The notes below the pieces were generated by a model. The model saw only the letters and a program-made list of their open reading frames with translations, made no database searches and was not told where the DNA came from. This document shows positions 10,891 through 25,512 of a DNA stretch of 64,000 bases, one piece after another. Position numbers and translations under genes: made by a program. Source of the DNA: an uncultured Erysipelotrichaceae bacterium (lineage in GTDB: Bacteria > Bacillota_I > Bacilli_A > Erysipelotrichales > Erysipelotrichaceae); contig CAYJAB010000001.1 in assembly GCA_964368305.1 (NCBI GenBank), positions 28,109 through 92,108 on the forward strand, written 5' to 3'. Within the stretch, counting starts at the first letter, position 1. Each line of letters opens with the position of its first letter.

Positions 10891-10922
10891 CTAAAAAAAA
10901 GAATCATATTTCTATGATTCTT
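10891..10922 (-). terminator. terminator at tagO 3' end
   Basis: 10-bp perfect stem AAGAATCATA/TATGATTCTT overlapping tagO stop, U8 run on minus strand. Confidence 0.6.
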
Positions 10923-12042
10923 GATCTTCTTTATTCCCTTTATTTTTTTTCTTTGGATATCCAGTCAATCTTCTTGAGAGTCCAATTAATGGATGATATT
11001 TTGCGTTTACCATCTCTGTAATTTCAATGAATAATTCAAATCCAATTACTAGTACAAATAATAATGCCATTCCATATACTTCATTATAATAACTAAGTAC
11101 CGCACAAATCGCAAATAGTGCAGTCACAATATATAAAGAAATAACCGCGTTTTTATGTCCTAATTTTAATTTAAACATCAGGATATGATGTAGATGTTCT
11201 TTATCTCCTACACTAAAACTTATTCCTCTTAATTTTCTTCTTACAATTGCTACAAATGTATCTAATATAGGTACAAACAAAATAATGATTGGAAACCCTA
11301 AAGTCACAAATGTTGCAGTTTTAAATCCTAATAATGAAAGACATGCAATCATAAATCCTAAAAATAAAGCACCACAATCTCCCATAAAAATACTTGCTGG
11401 ATGAAAGTTATAAAACCAAAATCCAATTACCGCACCTGATAATATTAAGCAAATATGTGCAACACTCATACTAAGCATTTGTGTCGCAATAAATGCGATT
11501 GTCATCAATACGATTGCGCTTATTCCACTTGATAGTCCATCTAATCCATCAATTAAATTAATGGCATTTGAAACACCAATGATCCATATAAATGTAATCA
11601 ATTTACTAATAAAACCCATATCGAATGATATATCAAATGGTAGATTAATTGTTCCAAGTGATACATCCCCAATTACAATTACAATAAGTGCCCCAACTGA
11701 TTGAAACGTTAATTTGATAAGAGGAGGTAAATCAAACATGTCATCGAGTACACCCCCGATAAAGACTATTGATCCACCTATTAATATCGCATTAATTGTT
11801 GTATCTGTTTTTAAATAATAAGCCATAAAAATCATAAATGATAAGAAGATGGCAACCCCACCTAATCGCACAATTTTTCCATGATGTACCGTACGACTAT
11901 TTTCTTGAGCATATATTCCTAACTTTAATCCGATTACTTTTACCAAAGGCACTAATATAATCGCTAAAACCATAGGAAAAAACGCATAATCAAATACGAG
12001 TTTTATAAATTCAGTTAAAATTTCTATGATTTTACTTAACAT
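10912..12042 (-). CDS. tagO: UDP-GlcNAc:undecaprenyl-phosphate GlcNAc-1-phosphate transferase (WecA/TagO, MraY family)
   Basis: 376 aa polytopic, NAINLIDGLDGL and DxxD motifs of glycosyltransferase family 4. Confidence 0.8.
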   Translation of the reverse strand: MLSKIIEILTEFIKLVFDYAFFPMVLAIILVPLVKVIGLKLGIYAQENSRTVHHGKIVRLGGVAIFLSFMIFMAYYLKTDTTINAILIGGSIVFIGGVLDDMFDLPPLIKLTFQSVGALIVIVIGDVSLGTINLPFDISFDMGFISKLITFIWIIGVSNAINLIDGLDGLSSGISAIVLMTIAFIATQMLSMSVAHICLILSGAVIGFWFYNFHPASIFMGDCGALFLGFMIACLSLLGFKTATFVTLGFPIIILFVPILDTFVAIVRRKLRGISFSVGDKEHLHHILMFKLKLGHKNAVISLYIVTALFAICAVLSYYNEVYGMALLFVLVIGFELFIEITEMVNAKYHPLIGLSRRLTGYPKKKNKGNKEDQES

Positions 12043-12054
12043 ATATTCTACCTT

Positions 12055-12085
12055 TCACAAAATAAATACCGCATAAGCGGTATTT
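12055..12085 (-). terminator. terminator after mreB
   Basis: Stem AAATACCGC/GCGGTATTT (12064-12085) overlapping mreB stop. Confidence 0.5.
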
Positions 12086-13079
12086 ATCTAACTAAATGAA
12101 GATTTTCTAACATGACTCCTGTACCTTCAACTACACAATGAAGTGCATTTTCCGCAACATAAACAGGCACACTTAATTCATTCATTAGTAATTGATCTAA
12201 ACCATGAAGTAGTGCTCCCCCGCCTGTTAACACAATACCTCTTGTAACGATATCCGCAGATAATTCTGGTGGCGTTTGTTCAAGTACAGTACGACATGCA
12301 CGTACAATATCCTGTAAACTTTCTCTCATTGCCAATTCTGTTTCTTCAGAATTAATCTTAATTGTATGTGGAAGACCTGTAACTAAGTCACGTCCGCTTA
12401 CATCTAATGATTCATTACGTGATCCACGCCATGCATTTCCGATTTTTGTTTTGATTTCTTCAGCAGTGCGTTCACCAATTAATAGTTTATAATAATCTTT
12501 TACATATTTGATAATATCTTTTTCTAGCTTATCACCTGCAATTTTAAGTGATGTACTTGTAACAATTTCACCAAGTGATAAGATCGCTACATCTGTTGTA
12601 CCTCCGCCTATATCCAATACCATATTACCTGTAGGTTTTTCAATATCTAATCCAGCACCAATTGCCGCAACTTTCGGTTCTTCTTCAATATATACCTGTT
12701 TCGCACCTGCTCTGTAAGCAGCATCACGAATTGCATTGCGTTCAACTGATGTAATATTACTTGGACAACAAATAAGAATTATAGGGCGTGAAAACATCCC
12801 TTTTAATTTTAGTTTACGAATAAAATAACTTAACATTAATTCTGTAACTTCAAAGTCTGCAATTACTCCATCTTTTAATGGACGAATCGCCAATACACGA
12901 CCTGGAGTTCTTCCTAGCATTTCTTTTGCTTCACGACCAACCGCTAAACATTTTTTCGTTTCCGCATCTAAAGCAACAACTGAAGGTTCATCTAATACAA
13001 CACCTTCACCTTTAACATAAATTAATAAATTTGCAGTACCTAAATCGATACCGACTGACTTAGAAAATACCATGTACAA
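12084..13079 (-). CDS. mreB: rod shape-determining protein MreB/Mbl (actin homolog)
   Basis: 331 aa; DLGTANLLIYVKG..., VLTGGGALL actin-fold motifs. Confidence 0.9.
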   Translation of the reverse strand: MYMVFSKSVGIDLGTANLLIYVKGEGVVLDEPSVVALDAETKKCLAVGREAKEMLGRTPGRVLAIRPLKDGVIADFEVTELMLSYFIRKLKLKGMFSRPIILICCPSNITSVERNAIRDAAYRAGAKQVYIEEEPKVAAIGAGLDIEKPTGNMVLDIGGGTTDVAILSLGEIVTSTSLKIAGDKLEKDIIKYVKDYYKLLIGERTAEEIKTKIGNAWRGSRNESLDVSGRDLVTGLPHTIKINSEETELAMRESLQDIVRACRTVLEQTPPELSADIVTRGIVLTGGGALLHGLDQLLMNELSVPVYVAENALHCVVEGTGVMLENLHLVR

Positions 13080-13150
13080 TCCTCCATTTTAAAAACATTA
13101 TCATTATATCACAAATTAGTCGAATTCTTCTATAAGATTAAAAATCATTT

Positions 13151-13351
13151 TTAATAAAACTGAACCATCAAAGCAATCATAAATTGAGATGATAAATAAG
13201 ACAGCGCCATACTAAATAAAACTAACATCATTTGTGCTTTCACAACTTGTTTCTTATAAATAAATCTTGAGAAATCAATACCAGATAACGCATAAAAACT
13301 AATCATGAACATCACAACATGTAAACTAATTTTAACGATCACTTCACTCAT
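13151..13351 (-). CDS. small integral membrane protein, DUF1146 (YwzB-like)
   Basis: 66 aa, 2 TM; resembles B. subtilis YwzB family. Confidence 0.45.
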   Translation of the reverse strand: MSEVIVKISLHVVMFMISFYALSGIDFSRFIYKKQVVKAQMMLVLFSMALSYLSSQFMIALMVQFY

Positions 13352-14691
13352 AAATACTCCTTATACCGTGCTTTTATTTCACTTAATATTTCTTCTTTAC
13401 TTCTTCCTCTAAAATATAAATCAAGGCTCGCCTCTAGCATTTCTTTCATTATACTTCCATCAAATCCCATCTTTAAATAATCATTTCCATTTACATCATA
13501 CTGATTCATATATGTTTTAAATTCTTCTATCTTTTCATTTAATATAGATATCATGTGCTCCGTATTCTCTGGTACTTTACCTCTTCCAATAAGATCTGCT
13601 TGTGATACCAATACTAAATCTTTTGGATTTACACTTTGATGAAACAGTCGTCTTGTTTTATAGTCATCCCAATCAAACTTAATACAATATCTTGGTTGAT
13701 GATGTAATTTCACCATATCTTTAACATAAACAATGAGTTGTTTATTATCTGTAATTCTTTTTAATAAATCACGTGCAACATCTCCCCCAAAACGATCATG
13801 GTCATATGATCGATAACTTCCATCTACAAGTCTTGTAGTAATTGATTTTCCTAAGTCATGACACAATACAGCATACATATAAAAAAGTGCATTTGATGCT
13901 TTGTCTTTTAAACTTGCTGCTACATCCAGTGCCATCATCGTATGCTCCCAAACATCTTTTTCAGGATGGTTTTCAAACATATGCGGTAAATCTATTAATT
14001 GATAAAGTTCTTTAAACCAGTATGAAACATGATTCATCTGTTTTAAACACTTAAAATATAGACTTGGTTTATCTGCGCTTAACAACGCTTTATTTGTTTC
14101 TTCATATACACGCTCTTTGCTTAATGCTGTAACATCCATACTCCTGCATAGTTTTATAGTGCTTTCTGCTACATCAAACTCTAGTCTTGCACTAAATTGC
14201 GCAACCCTAAATACACGAAGTGCATCCTCTATGAATGTTTTTTCATCTATATGACGAATCACTTTATTTTTTAAATCATCCAATCCGTTATGTTCATCTA
14301 TAATCTCACCTGTAAGAACATTTTTCATTAATGCGTTAATTGTAATATCACGTCTTTTACTTGCGTCATAATATGAAAGATATGGATCTACTGTCACTTC
14401 AAAGTCTTGATGTTTATTTCCAATACGATTTTCCATTCTAGCCAACGCAAAATCAAAAGGATAGCCTTTTAAAGACAATACTCCAAATGATTTTCCAATC
14501 TCAATGACCGTACCATACTTACTTAATACAGAAAAAAGCTGTTCTACTGTTATTTGATATACTTCAATATCGTAGTCTTTGAAAGGCCTATTTAATAATT
14601 CATCTCGTACACATCCACCTACATAAAAAAGTATACCCCCTATACTTTGTATATCATATGCGATTTGTGTAATTAGTTTCTTTTCATCCAT
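13348..14691 (-). CDS. cca: CCA tRNA nucleotidyltransferase (CCA-adding enzyme) with HD domain
   Basis: Pol-beta head GGCVRDELLNRPFKDYDIEV; HD motif CHDLGK; probable start ATG 14691 (AAAGAGG RBS, TATAAT -10 upstream); ORF track start 14739 is likely an over-extension. Confidence 0.85.
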   Translation of the reverse strand: MDEKKLITQIAYDIQSIGGILFYVGGCVRDELLNRPFKDYDIEVYQITVEQLFSVLSKYGTVIEIGKSFGVLSLKGYPFDFALARMENRIGNKHQDFEVTVDPYLSYYDASKRRDITINALMKNVLTGEIIDEHNGLDDLKNKVIRHIDEKTFIEDALRVFRVAQFSARLEFDVAESTIKLCRSMDVTALSKERVYEETNKALLSADKPSLYFKCLKQMNHVSYWFKELYQLIDLPHMFENHPEKDVWEHTMMALDVAASLKDKASNALFYMYAVLCHDLGKSITTRLVDGSYRSYDHDRFGGDVARDLLKRITDNKQLIVYVKDMVKLHHQPRYCIKFDWDDYKTRRLFHQSVNPKDLVLVSQADLIGRGKVPENTEHMISILNEKIEEFKTYMNQYDVNGNDYLKMGFDGSIMKEMLEASLDLYFRGRSKEEILSEIKARYKEYL

Positions 14692-14748
14692 ACGCTTGCC
14701 TCTTTGTAATATTATAGCAAAGTTATTCATTTTAAGCACAAAAAAACT

Positions 14749-14791
14749 GTGACTTTCAGACGAATCTTACTTATCACAGTTCTTAAAATTT
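14749..14791 (-). terminator. terminator after isochorismatase-family gene
   Basis: 8-bp stem AACTGTGA/TCACAGTT with 21-nt loop then U7 on minus strand. Confidence 0.45.
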
Positions 14792-14828
14792 ATTTTATAA
14801 ATTTTATTATTAACTAATTACTATTTTC

Positions 14829-15503
14829 TTATTTAGAAAAGTCGTACATATCGTGTGGTTCAGGTACAATTTTTGAACTTTCGATTTCAGCTCTTTGTCT
14901 ATCTTGGAAAGTAGCTTCTGGTCCTTCAGGATCTTTAGCTAAGATTTCAACATATTCAGCAGTTGTCATTAATTTACATCCGATGTTTTTCATGTCGAAT
15001 AAGTTAGCATTGTGTACTTCTGGAGTAGCAGCATTAGTTGCATCAGTTAATACAACGATTTCGTAATCTAATGAGTTAGCATCCCAAGCAGTTCCACGAA
15101 CACAGTTAGGAGTTTGAACACCAGTTAAAATTACTTGTTTAACTTGTAAACGACGTAAGATTAAGTCTAACTCAGTGTTAAAGAATGCTGACCAACGTTG
15201 TTTAACGATTTGGTACTCACCAGCGATTGGTTTAAGAGTATCCATGATTTCAGCACCTGGAGTAGCTGTTACACATCCTCCACCTTTAGCTTTGAATCCA
15301 TCGTAACGAGTGATTTCACAGTCAGATCCGTCTGCACGGTAGTATCTGAATACGTGGAATACTGGAATATTTGTTTTACGAGTAGCTTCTAAAGCTTGTT
15401 CAATATAAGGGATAGCTTGTAAACCGCAATCTACACGGAATGGAGCTCCTTCTAAATTGAAATCTTTTTGCATATCGATAACGATAAATGCGTTTCTTGC
15501 CAT
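14829..15503 (-). CDS. isochorismatase-family cysteine hydrolase (nicotinamidase-like)
   Basis: FIVIDMQKDF N-terminus and catalytic PNCVRGT Cys; 224 aa; codon usage strongly biased (GGT/GCT/CGT/TCT) as in highly expressed genes. Confidence 0.75.
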   Translation of the reverse strand: MARNAFIVIDMQKDFNLEGAPFRVDCGLQAIPYIEQALEATRKTNIPVFHVFRYYRADGSDCEITRYDGFKAKGGGCVTATPGAEIMDTLKPIAGEYQIVKQRWSAFFNTELDLILRRLQVKQVILTGVQTPNCVRGTAWDANSLDYEIVVLTDATNAATPEVHNANLFDMKNIGCKLMTTAEYVEILAKDPEGPEATFQDRQRAEIESSKIVPEPHDMYDFSK

Positions 15504-15611
15504 TTTAATTTCCTCCTTGTTTTTTAGTTATAACGGCTGTATTATCAGTCATTTTACAATGACGTATACTTAAATTAATCTAAAATAAATTCGAGTTTTA
15601 ATTAGCCAAGA

Positions 15612-15770
15612 TTAGCTAACTTTGAATAAATAAGCACAACCAACTAACATTAATGCAAGTGCTCCCCACATCATGTTAACATCACCGCTTAATAAAGCAG
15701 CATATAGTACTGCAGTACAAATTAAAATTATAAGTACCGCTAAAACTTTTCTTTTTACAACGTCTGACAT
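15612..15770 (-). CDS. 52-aa small membrane protein translationally coupled to lctP
   Basis: ATG 15770 preceded by AGGAGG that overlaps lctP stop; MSDVVKRKVLAVLIILICTAVLYAALLSGDVNMMWGALALMLVGCAYLFKVS*; below the ORF-track length cutoff. Confidence 0.5.
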   Translation of the reverse strand: MSDVVKRKVLAVLIILICTAVLYAALLSGDVNMMWGALALMLVGCAYLFKVS

Positions 15771-15783
15771 TTTTCGATACCTC

Positions 15784-17409
15784 CTAGAATCCTAATCCCA
15801 TTGAGATAAGGATGTAAGCCAAAATACCTACTAAACCACTTTGGATAATGTTATAGAATCCAGTGATTTTAAGGATTTCTCCTTCTTTACCAGCTTGGTT
15901 AGATACCCCAGTACCTAATGCAGCATTCCCTGGAGAGAATGAATTTGATAAAGATGAAGCAGTTGTTTGAGATGCAAGAATGATGTATGGTGATACTTTT
16001 AAGATATCAGCAACTTCATATTGTAACCCTGTGAATAAGATATTTGAAGATGTACCAGAACTTGTTACGAATCCACCTAATAAACCAATGAATGGTGCAA
16101 GGATTGGATAGAATGTTCCAGCAACGATTGCAATACCGTAAGCGATATAAACAGTCATACCACCTTCAGTCATTAAGATAGCCATCATAGTCATTGGGAT
16201 AACTGTTGTAGTTGAACCAATTGATTGACTAACTGTTTTAGTAAGTGAAGCTTTAATAGCACCTGGTTTTAATAATCCAAGAGATTTGTAGCAAATTGCA
16301 GCAACGATTGTAGATACAACGATTAATGTTCCTGGTGTAGTACCAATTTTTAATGCAGAGTATTTAGCAGTAGCAGCATTTCCAAATCCTGTAGCAATTT
16401 CATTTGCTGGGAAAGCGAATCCCCATAATAATGCAGGTTGTTCTAAGAACGCTTTAAGTGGTGTGATTAAATAAGCAGAGAATACGATAATTACTAAAAT
16501 GATATAAGCAGAGAATGCTTTAAGGAATTTAGCATTTGAAGTAGTTTCCCCTGTATTTGTAGCAGTTGGACGGTAAGCTTTTAATTTAGGAAGAACAGCA
16601 ACACCTGCTAATAATCCTGTAGCACCCGCAACGAAACATCCTAAATATGGAGAAACGAAGCATGTAGCGATAAGAGCAGCACCCATAACAACAGCTAAGA
16701 ATGTTACAGCAACGAAACCTTCTTTGAAAGCTCCGAAACCTTTTCCGTATTCGCTTCTTCCGTAGTTATGTAAAATACAGAATCCAACGATAGCTCCACC
16801 AAATGCGATGAAGATTGAACCCCAGAACGCCATTAACGCTGGATCAATAGCACCTTCTGGTGTGTAGTTTAATAATACTGAATAAGAAGCTCCTAAAGAA
16901 CCGAATGTGATCCCCCAAGAATGTCCTAATAAAGCAGTAACAACTGATAACATTGGACTAAATCCTAATCCAATTAATAATGGTGTAGCGATAGCTACTG
17001 GAACCCCGAACCCACAAACACCTTGGATAAATGTTGGGAATGCCCAACCTAAGATAAGAAGTTGTAAAATTCTGTTTCCGTTTGTTAATTCTGTAAATTT
17101 AGCAGCGATAACTTCGAAGCTTCCTGTAGAATCAACTAAATTGTATAGGAACATTGAGCTCCAAATGATGAACAACACGAATAGTGTAGCCCATACCCCT
17201 TTTACAGTACCAGATGCGATTACATCAGGTCCTCCTTTAAACACAAAATAAACGATTACTGCTGTTAATACCCAAGAGATAACCCCAGCACGAGCACCGC
17301 TCATTTTGAATTGCAACATTAGGACTAAAATTACTCCGACTGGAAGTATCGCAAATACCCAAGTCATGATATCTAACGCCGGTAGTCCTAGACTAGTTAC
17401 ATCAACCAT
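15784..17409 (-). CDS. lctP: L-lactate permease (LctP family)
   Basis: GWAFPTFIQGVCGFGVPVAIATPLLIGLGF matches LctP signature; true start ATG 17409 (GGAGG RBS, MVDVTSLGL...), ORF-track N-terminus 17553 is spurious; highly biased codon usage. Confidence 0.85.
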   Translation of the reverse strand: MVDVTSLGLPALDIMTWVFAILPVGVILVLMLQFKMSGARAGVISWVLTAVIVYFVFKGGPDVIASGTVKGVWATLFVLFIIWSSMFLYNLVDSTGSFEVIAAKFTELTNGNRILQLLILGWAFPTFIQGVCGFGVPVAIATPLLIGLGFSPMLSVVTALLGHSWGITFGSLGASYSVLLNYTPEGAIDPALMAFWGSIFIAFGGAIVGFCILHNYGRSEYGKGFGAFKEGFVAVTFLAVVMGAALIATCFVSPYLGCFVAGATGLLAGVAVLPKLKAYRPTATNTGETTSNAKFLKAFSAYIILVIIVFSAYLITPLKAFLEQPALLWGFAFPANEIATGFGNAATAKYSALKIGTTPGTLIVVSTIVAAICYKSLGLLKPGAIKASLTKTVSQSIGSTTTVIPMTMMAILMTEGGMTVYIAYGIAIVAGTFYPILAPFIGLLGGFVTSSGTSSNILFTGLQYEVADILKVSPYIILASQTTASSLSNSFSPGNAALGTGVSNQAGKEGEILKITGFYNIIQSGLVGILAYILISMGLGF

Positions 17410-17875
17410 AAATTCTCCTCCTTTTGAATGATAACTATTGAAAAAATTTGAATAAAAAATGAAATAGTTAATTCTTGTTTTTAGTGAATCATTTTTTGAA
17501 ACATATAATGACTTAATTTGAATAAATATAATATCCACGTGGATGTAATTCATTTATTAAAATTAAGATTATACCAACTTAAATTTTAGTGATTATTTTC
17601 CCCTAAATTTATGCTTTACATTTTTTAGTATACACCCATCTATATCGTTTTTCAACATAAATGTGAAAAAAAGAATAAATAAATGGCATCTATTTTTAGT
17701 ATTTTAAATTATGTGATTTTTTAATAAATTTAAACTACTACAAAAGTGAGTAAAACCCTTTAAATAAAGGTTTTTTTGCATTTTTTTGAAAACTTTTTCA
17801 TTCGATTAATAAGTATAATTTATACAACTATTAATTTAAATGTAAGCAGTTACATTCACAAATGCTTTGATATTC

Positions 17876-17919
17876 AAATAAAAAAGTCTAATTCTAAGTT
17901 TTAACCCAGAATTAGACTT
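17876..17919 (-). terminator. rho-independent terminator of atp operon
   Basis: 12-bp perfect stem AAGTCTAATTCT/AGAATTAGACTT + U-run. Confidence 0.75.
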
Positions 17920-17931
17920 AAGTTAATATGC

Positions 17932-20567
<2,636 letters not shown>

Positions 20568-20572
20568 CTAAA

Positions 20573-22634
<2,062 letters not shown>

Positions 22635-22635
<1 letters not shown>

Positions 22636-23144
22636 TACTCATTTACTTCCTTTACGAAACGTTTAATTGATTCAACATCTTTTTTATCGTCCATTTTTTC
22701 TTCAAGTAATTTTTCAGCAGCCATAATTGCTACATCCACAATTTCTTTTTGCACTTCTTGACGAAGCGCACGTTTTTCATGTTCGATTTCAAGACGAGCA
22801 TTCTCAAGCTTATAATCAGCCTCTTTTTTACCTTCATTGATTAAGTCTTCACGTACTCTTGTACCCTCTTCTTTACCATATTCGATAATTGTTTTAGCTT
22901 CTTTTTTAGCTTCTTTAATGTGAGATAATGCTTCATTTTTAAGTGCAACACTTTCCTCTTCTAATTTTTGAGCATTAGAAAGTTGTATTTGCATTGCGTC
23001 AGATCTTTTTGCTAAATATGCTTTTGCAGGACCCCATAATAATTTTCTTACGAAATAAAGAAGTACTGCCGTTGCACATAATTGAACGATCATTGTGATC
23101 GGATTGGGAAACAACTGCCCAGCTATATCAACGTTTAATTCCAT
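22635..23144 (-). CDS. atpF: Fo ATP synthase subunit b
   Basis: 169 aa, single N-terminal TM + long charged helix. Confidence 0.85.
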
Positions 23145-23184
23145 TTTTTCACCTCTTCTGGCGTAGCATCAATGTGCTTGCTTC

Positions 23185-23439
<255 letters not shown>

Positions 23440-24132
23440 TTAATCTATGTCTGTTGGGATTTCATTCCCAATATACACCATCGTTAATGTAATAAAAATA
23501 AACATTTGTACAAGACCAGCGAAAATATCAAAATAACTATGTAATACTGGTGCAAGTGCAATACCTACAATATTGAAATCTCCTAAAAACGGAAAAATCA
23601 ATGAACTTAAAAATTCTGTAAATCCATATACCAATGACATAATAACTACACCACTTAATATATTTCCAAATAAACGCAACGGCATTGAAATAACCGGTGC
23701 AATTTTTCCAAAAAGGTTCAAAATGAAAAACGCAGGATGCGGATCAAAATAACCTTGAATATATCCTTTTACTGATTGGTATTTAATTGCGATTGCTTGA
23801 ATCATAATAAATGAAATCAAAGCAAGTGTCAGTGTAACACTGAAATTTGATGTCGGTGGGCTAAATGCAAATAACCCCGATAAATTCGACACCGCAATAT
23901 ATAATCCGATTGTCAGTACATAAGGTGCAAGCCATGTTCTTACCTCTGGTTTTGATACAGAACCTGCAACCATATTTTCTATTCCTTCTACTAACATCGA
24001 TGCAATTAATACTGCACCTTTTGGTTTTTCAAGCGGATCTGCTTTTTTGAATTGAGCATTCACATAAGCTAAGACCGCGATAATACAAGTTGTAAATAAT
24101 ACAATTGTAATTACATCAATTTGAATTGTCAC
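23440..24132 (-). CDS. atpB: Fo ATP synthase subunit a
   Basis: 230 aa, LRLFGN conserved Arg motif. Confidence 0.9.
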   Translation of the reverse strand: MTIQIDVITIVLFTTCIIAVLAYVNAQFKKADPLEKPKGAVLIASMLVEGIENMVAGSVSKPEVRTWLAPYVLTIGLYIAVSNLSGLFAFSPPTSNFSVTLTLALISFIMIQAIAIKYQSVKGYIQGYFDPHPAFFILNLFGKIAPVISMPLRLFGNILSGVVIMSLVYGFTEFLSSLIFPFLGDFNIVGIALAPVLHSYFDIFAGLVQMFIFITLTMVYIGNEIPTDID

Positions 24133-24485
24133 TTTGTTTCTCCTGTCCTTTTATTTTTTAAATCTTCTAATACAATACATATTCTTAATAATGATAAACC
24201 ACCTGCTACCGCAAATATATTAAATATATCTGGATACACACTAGCTAACCATAATGTTAATGCCATTATTGCAAGACGCAACACTGTTAAAATACCGAAA
24301 GAAACTGCACGGTAATTTCTTTCCTTCAAAACCCCAGTTAAGTACCAATCTAATATCATCAAATTAATAATACTTGCAATGGTTCCTAAGATTACTCCAG
24401 CAGAAATTGCACTATCCCAAATCAAGCTAATCAAAGCTATTATCCCCATTAATAAAAAAGTATTTTTAATCGTCTGTTTTCTCAT
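24129..24485 (-). CDS. atpI: ATP synthase protein I (AtpI)
   Basis: 118 aa, 4 TM, overlaps atpB start by 4 nt. Confidence 0.65.
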   Translation of the reverse strand: MRKQTIKNTFLLMGIIALISLIWDSAISAGVILGTIASIINLMILDWYLTGVLKERNYRAVSFGILTVLRLAIMALTLWLASVYPDIFNIFAVAGGLSLLRICIVLEDLKNKRTGETK

Positions 24486-24712
24486 AATACTCCTTAAATA
24501 AATACCATATTTATTCGTATTTATTCATAATCCACAAAATCCCTTTGATTTGTATATTGCGTTTTTAACGTACGCAAGCCTTATATAATTTATCATATTA
24601 TATATATGTAGTCAACAAAACACGTGAAATTTCACAAGTTAAAATTCTAACAAGTTAACGCTTTCATTTTTAAAATATTATAAAATTTTAAAATACTTCC
24701 ATTTTCAAACTA

Positions 24713-24743
24713 TTGAAAAAAAAGGATACTTTAATTATCCTTT
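24713..24743 (-). terminator. terminator after coaX
   Basis: Stem AAAGGATA/TATCCTTT with U8 run on minus strand immediately after stop. Confidence 0.65.
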
Positions 24744-25511
24744 TTAACTATTTTTATTATATATAATTCTCAATCCTTCTAACAATAAATTATCCACCAC
24801 TTCAACTTCTCTATTTATAATCTCACCAATCATGCTAGAGAATCCCCCCGTTAATAAAATTTTACTATTTTGAAGATCTTTTTCCTTTTCGATTCTTTCA
24901 ATAATTCCTTCAATCATTGATGCTTGTCCATATGTAATTCCTGACTGCATACAATGAGACGTATTATTTCCAAGAACGGTTGATGGAACTTTTATGTGAA
25001 CAGAAGGTAAAAGCGATGTATTATCTGTAAGTGATTTAAGCATGCTCATCACACCCGGTATAATCACAACCCCTTCCATAACACCTTCTTTACTTAAATA
25101 CGTAATTGTTGTAGCAGTCCCTAAATCCACCACAAACGTATCCATTTGATGTCTTTCTTTTGCAGCAACTACACTCGCTATAATATCAGCACCCACTTCT
25201 TTTGGATTATCTGCTTTTATTTTAAGTCCAGTTTTAACCCCAAATCCCAAATTCACAAGCTTTATTTGTGGATAATGATTAAACATTTCTATGATAGACG
25301 CTGTTACTTTTGGCACAACACTTGCGATCGAAACCCCTTCAATATCATTAAAACTTACATGATTTGAACCTAATATATTTTTAATATCAATCTCATATTC
25401 ATCACATGTTTTTTTATTGTTTGTATGTATTCTAAATGCTATTTTTATGTTTTCTTTTTCAAACAACACAAAGGAAATATCTGTATTTCCAATATCAATG
25501 CACATCAACAT
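24744..25511 (-). CDS. coaX: type III pantothenate kinase
   Basis: MLMCIDIGNTDISFVLF N-terminus, ASKHA fold, 255 aa. Confidence 0.85.
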   Translation of the reverse strand: MLMCIDIGNTDISFVLFEKENIKIAFRIHTNNKKTCDEYEIDIKNILGSNHVSFNDIEGVSIASVVPKVTASIIEMFNHYPQIKLVNLGFGVKTGLKIKADNPKEVGADIIASVVAAKERHQMDTFVVDLGTATTITYLSKEGVMEGVVIIPGVMSMLKSLTDNTSLLPSVHIKVPSTVLGNNTSHCMQSGITYGQASMIEGIIERIEKEKDLQNSKILLTGGFSSMIGEIINREVEVVDNLLLEGLRIIYNKNS

Positions 25512-25512
25512 A

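Noticed and set aside
12084-13079. Calling the actin homolog specifically mbl or mreBH
   Set aside because: No mreC/mreD neighbours and paralog identity cannot be resolved without phylogeny. Left as MreB family
17410-17553. N-terminal 48-aa extension of the lctP ORF (MNYIHVDIIF...) and the 21-aa extension of atpD ([11 protein letters not shown]...)
   Set aside because: Strong GGAGG RBSs precede internal ATGs that give canonical N-termini (MVDVTSLG..., MNKNIGNV...). The extensions are just in-frame read-through of upstream non-coding DNA
24621-24640. Possible Rex or cre operator at CACGTGAAATTTCAC upstream of atp
   Set aside because: Half-site spacing (GTGAA-2-TTCAC) does not fit Rex (TTGTGAA-N4-TTCACAA) and the sequence does not fit cre (WTGNAANCGNWNNCW). 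Kept only as an uncharacterised palindrome
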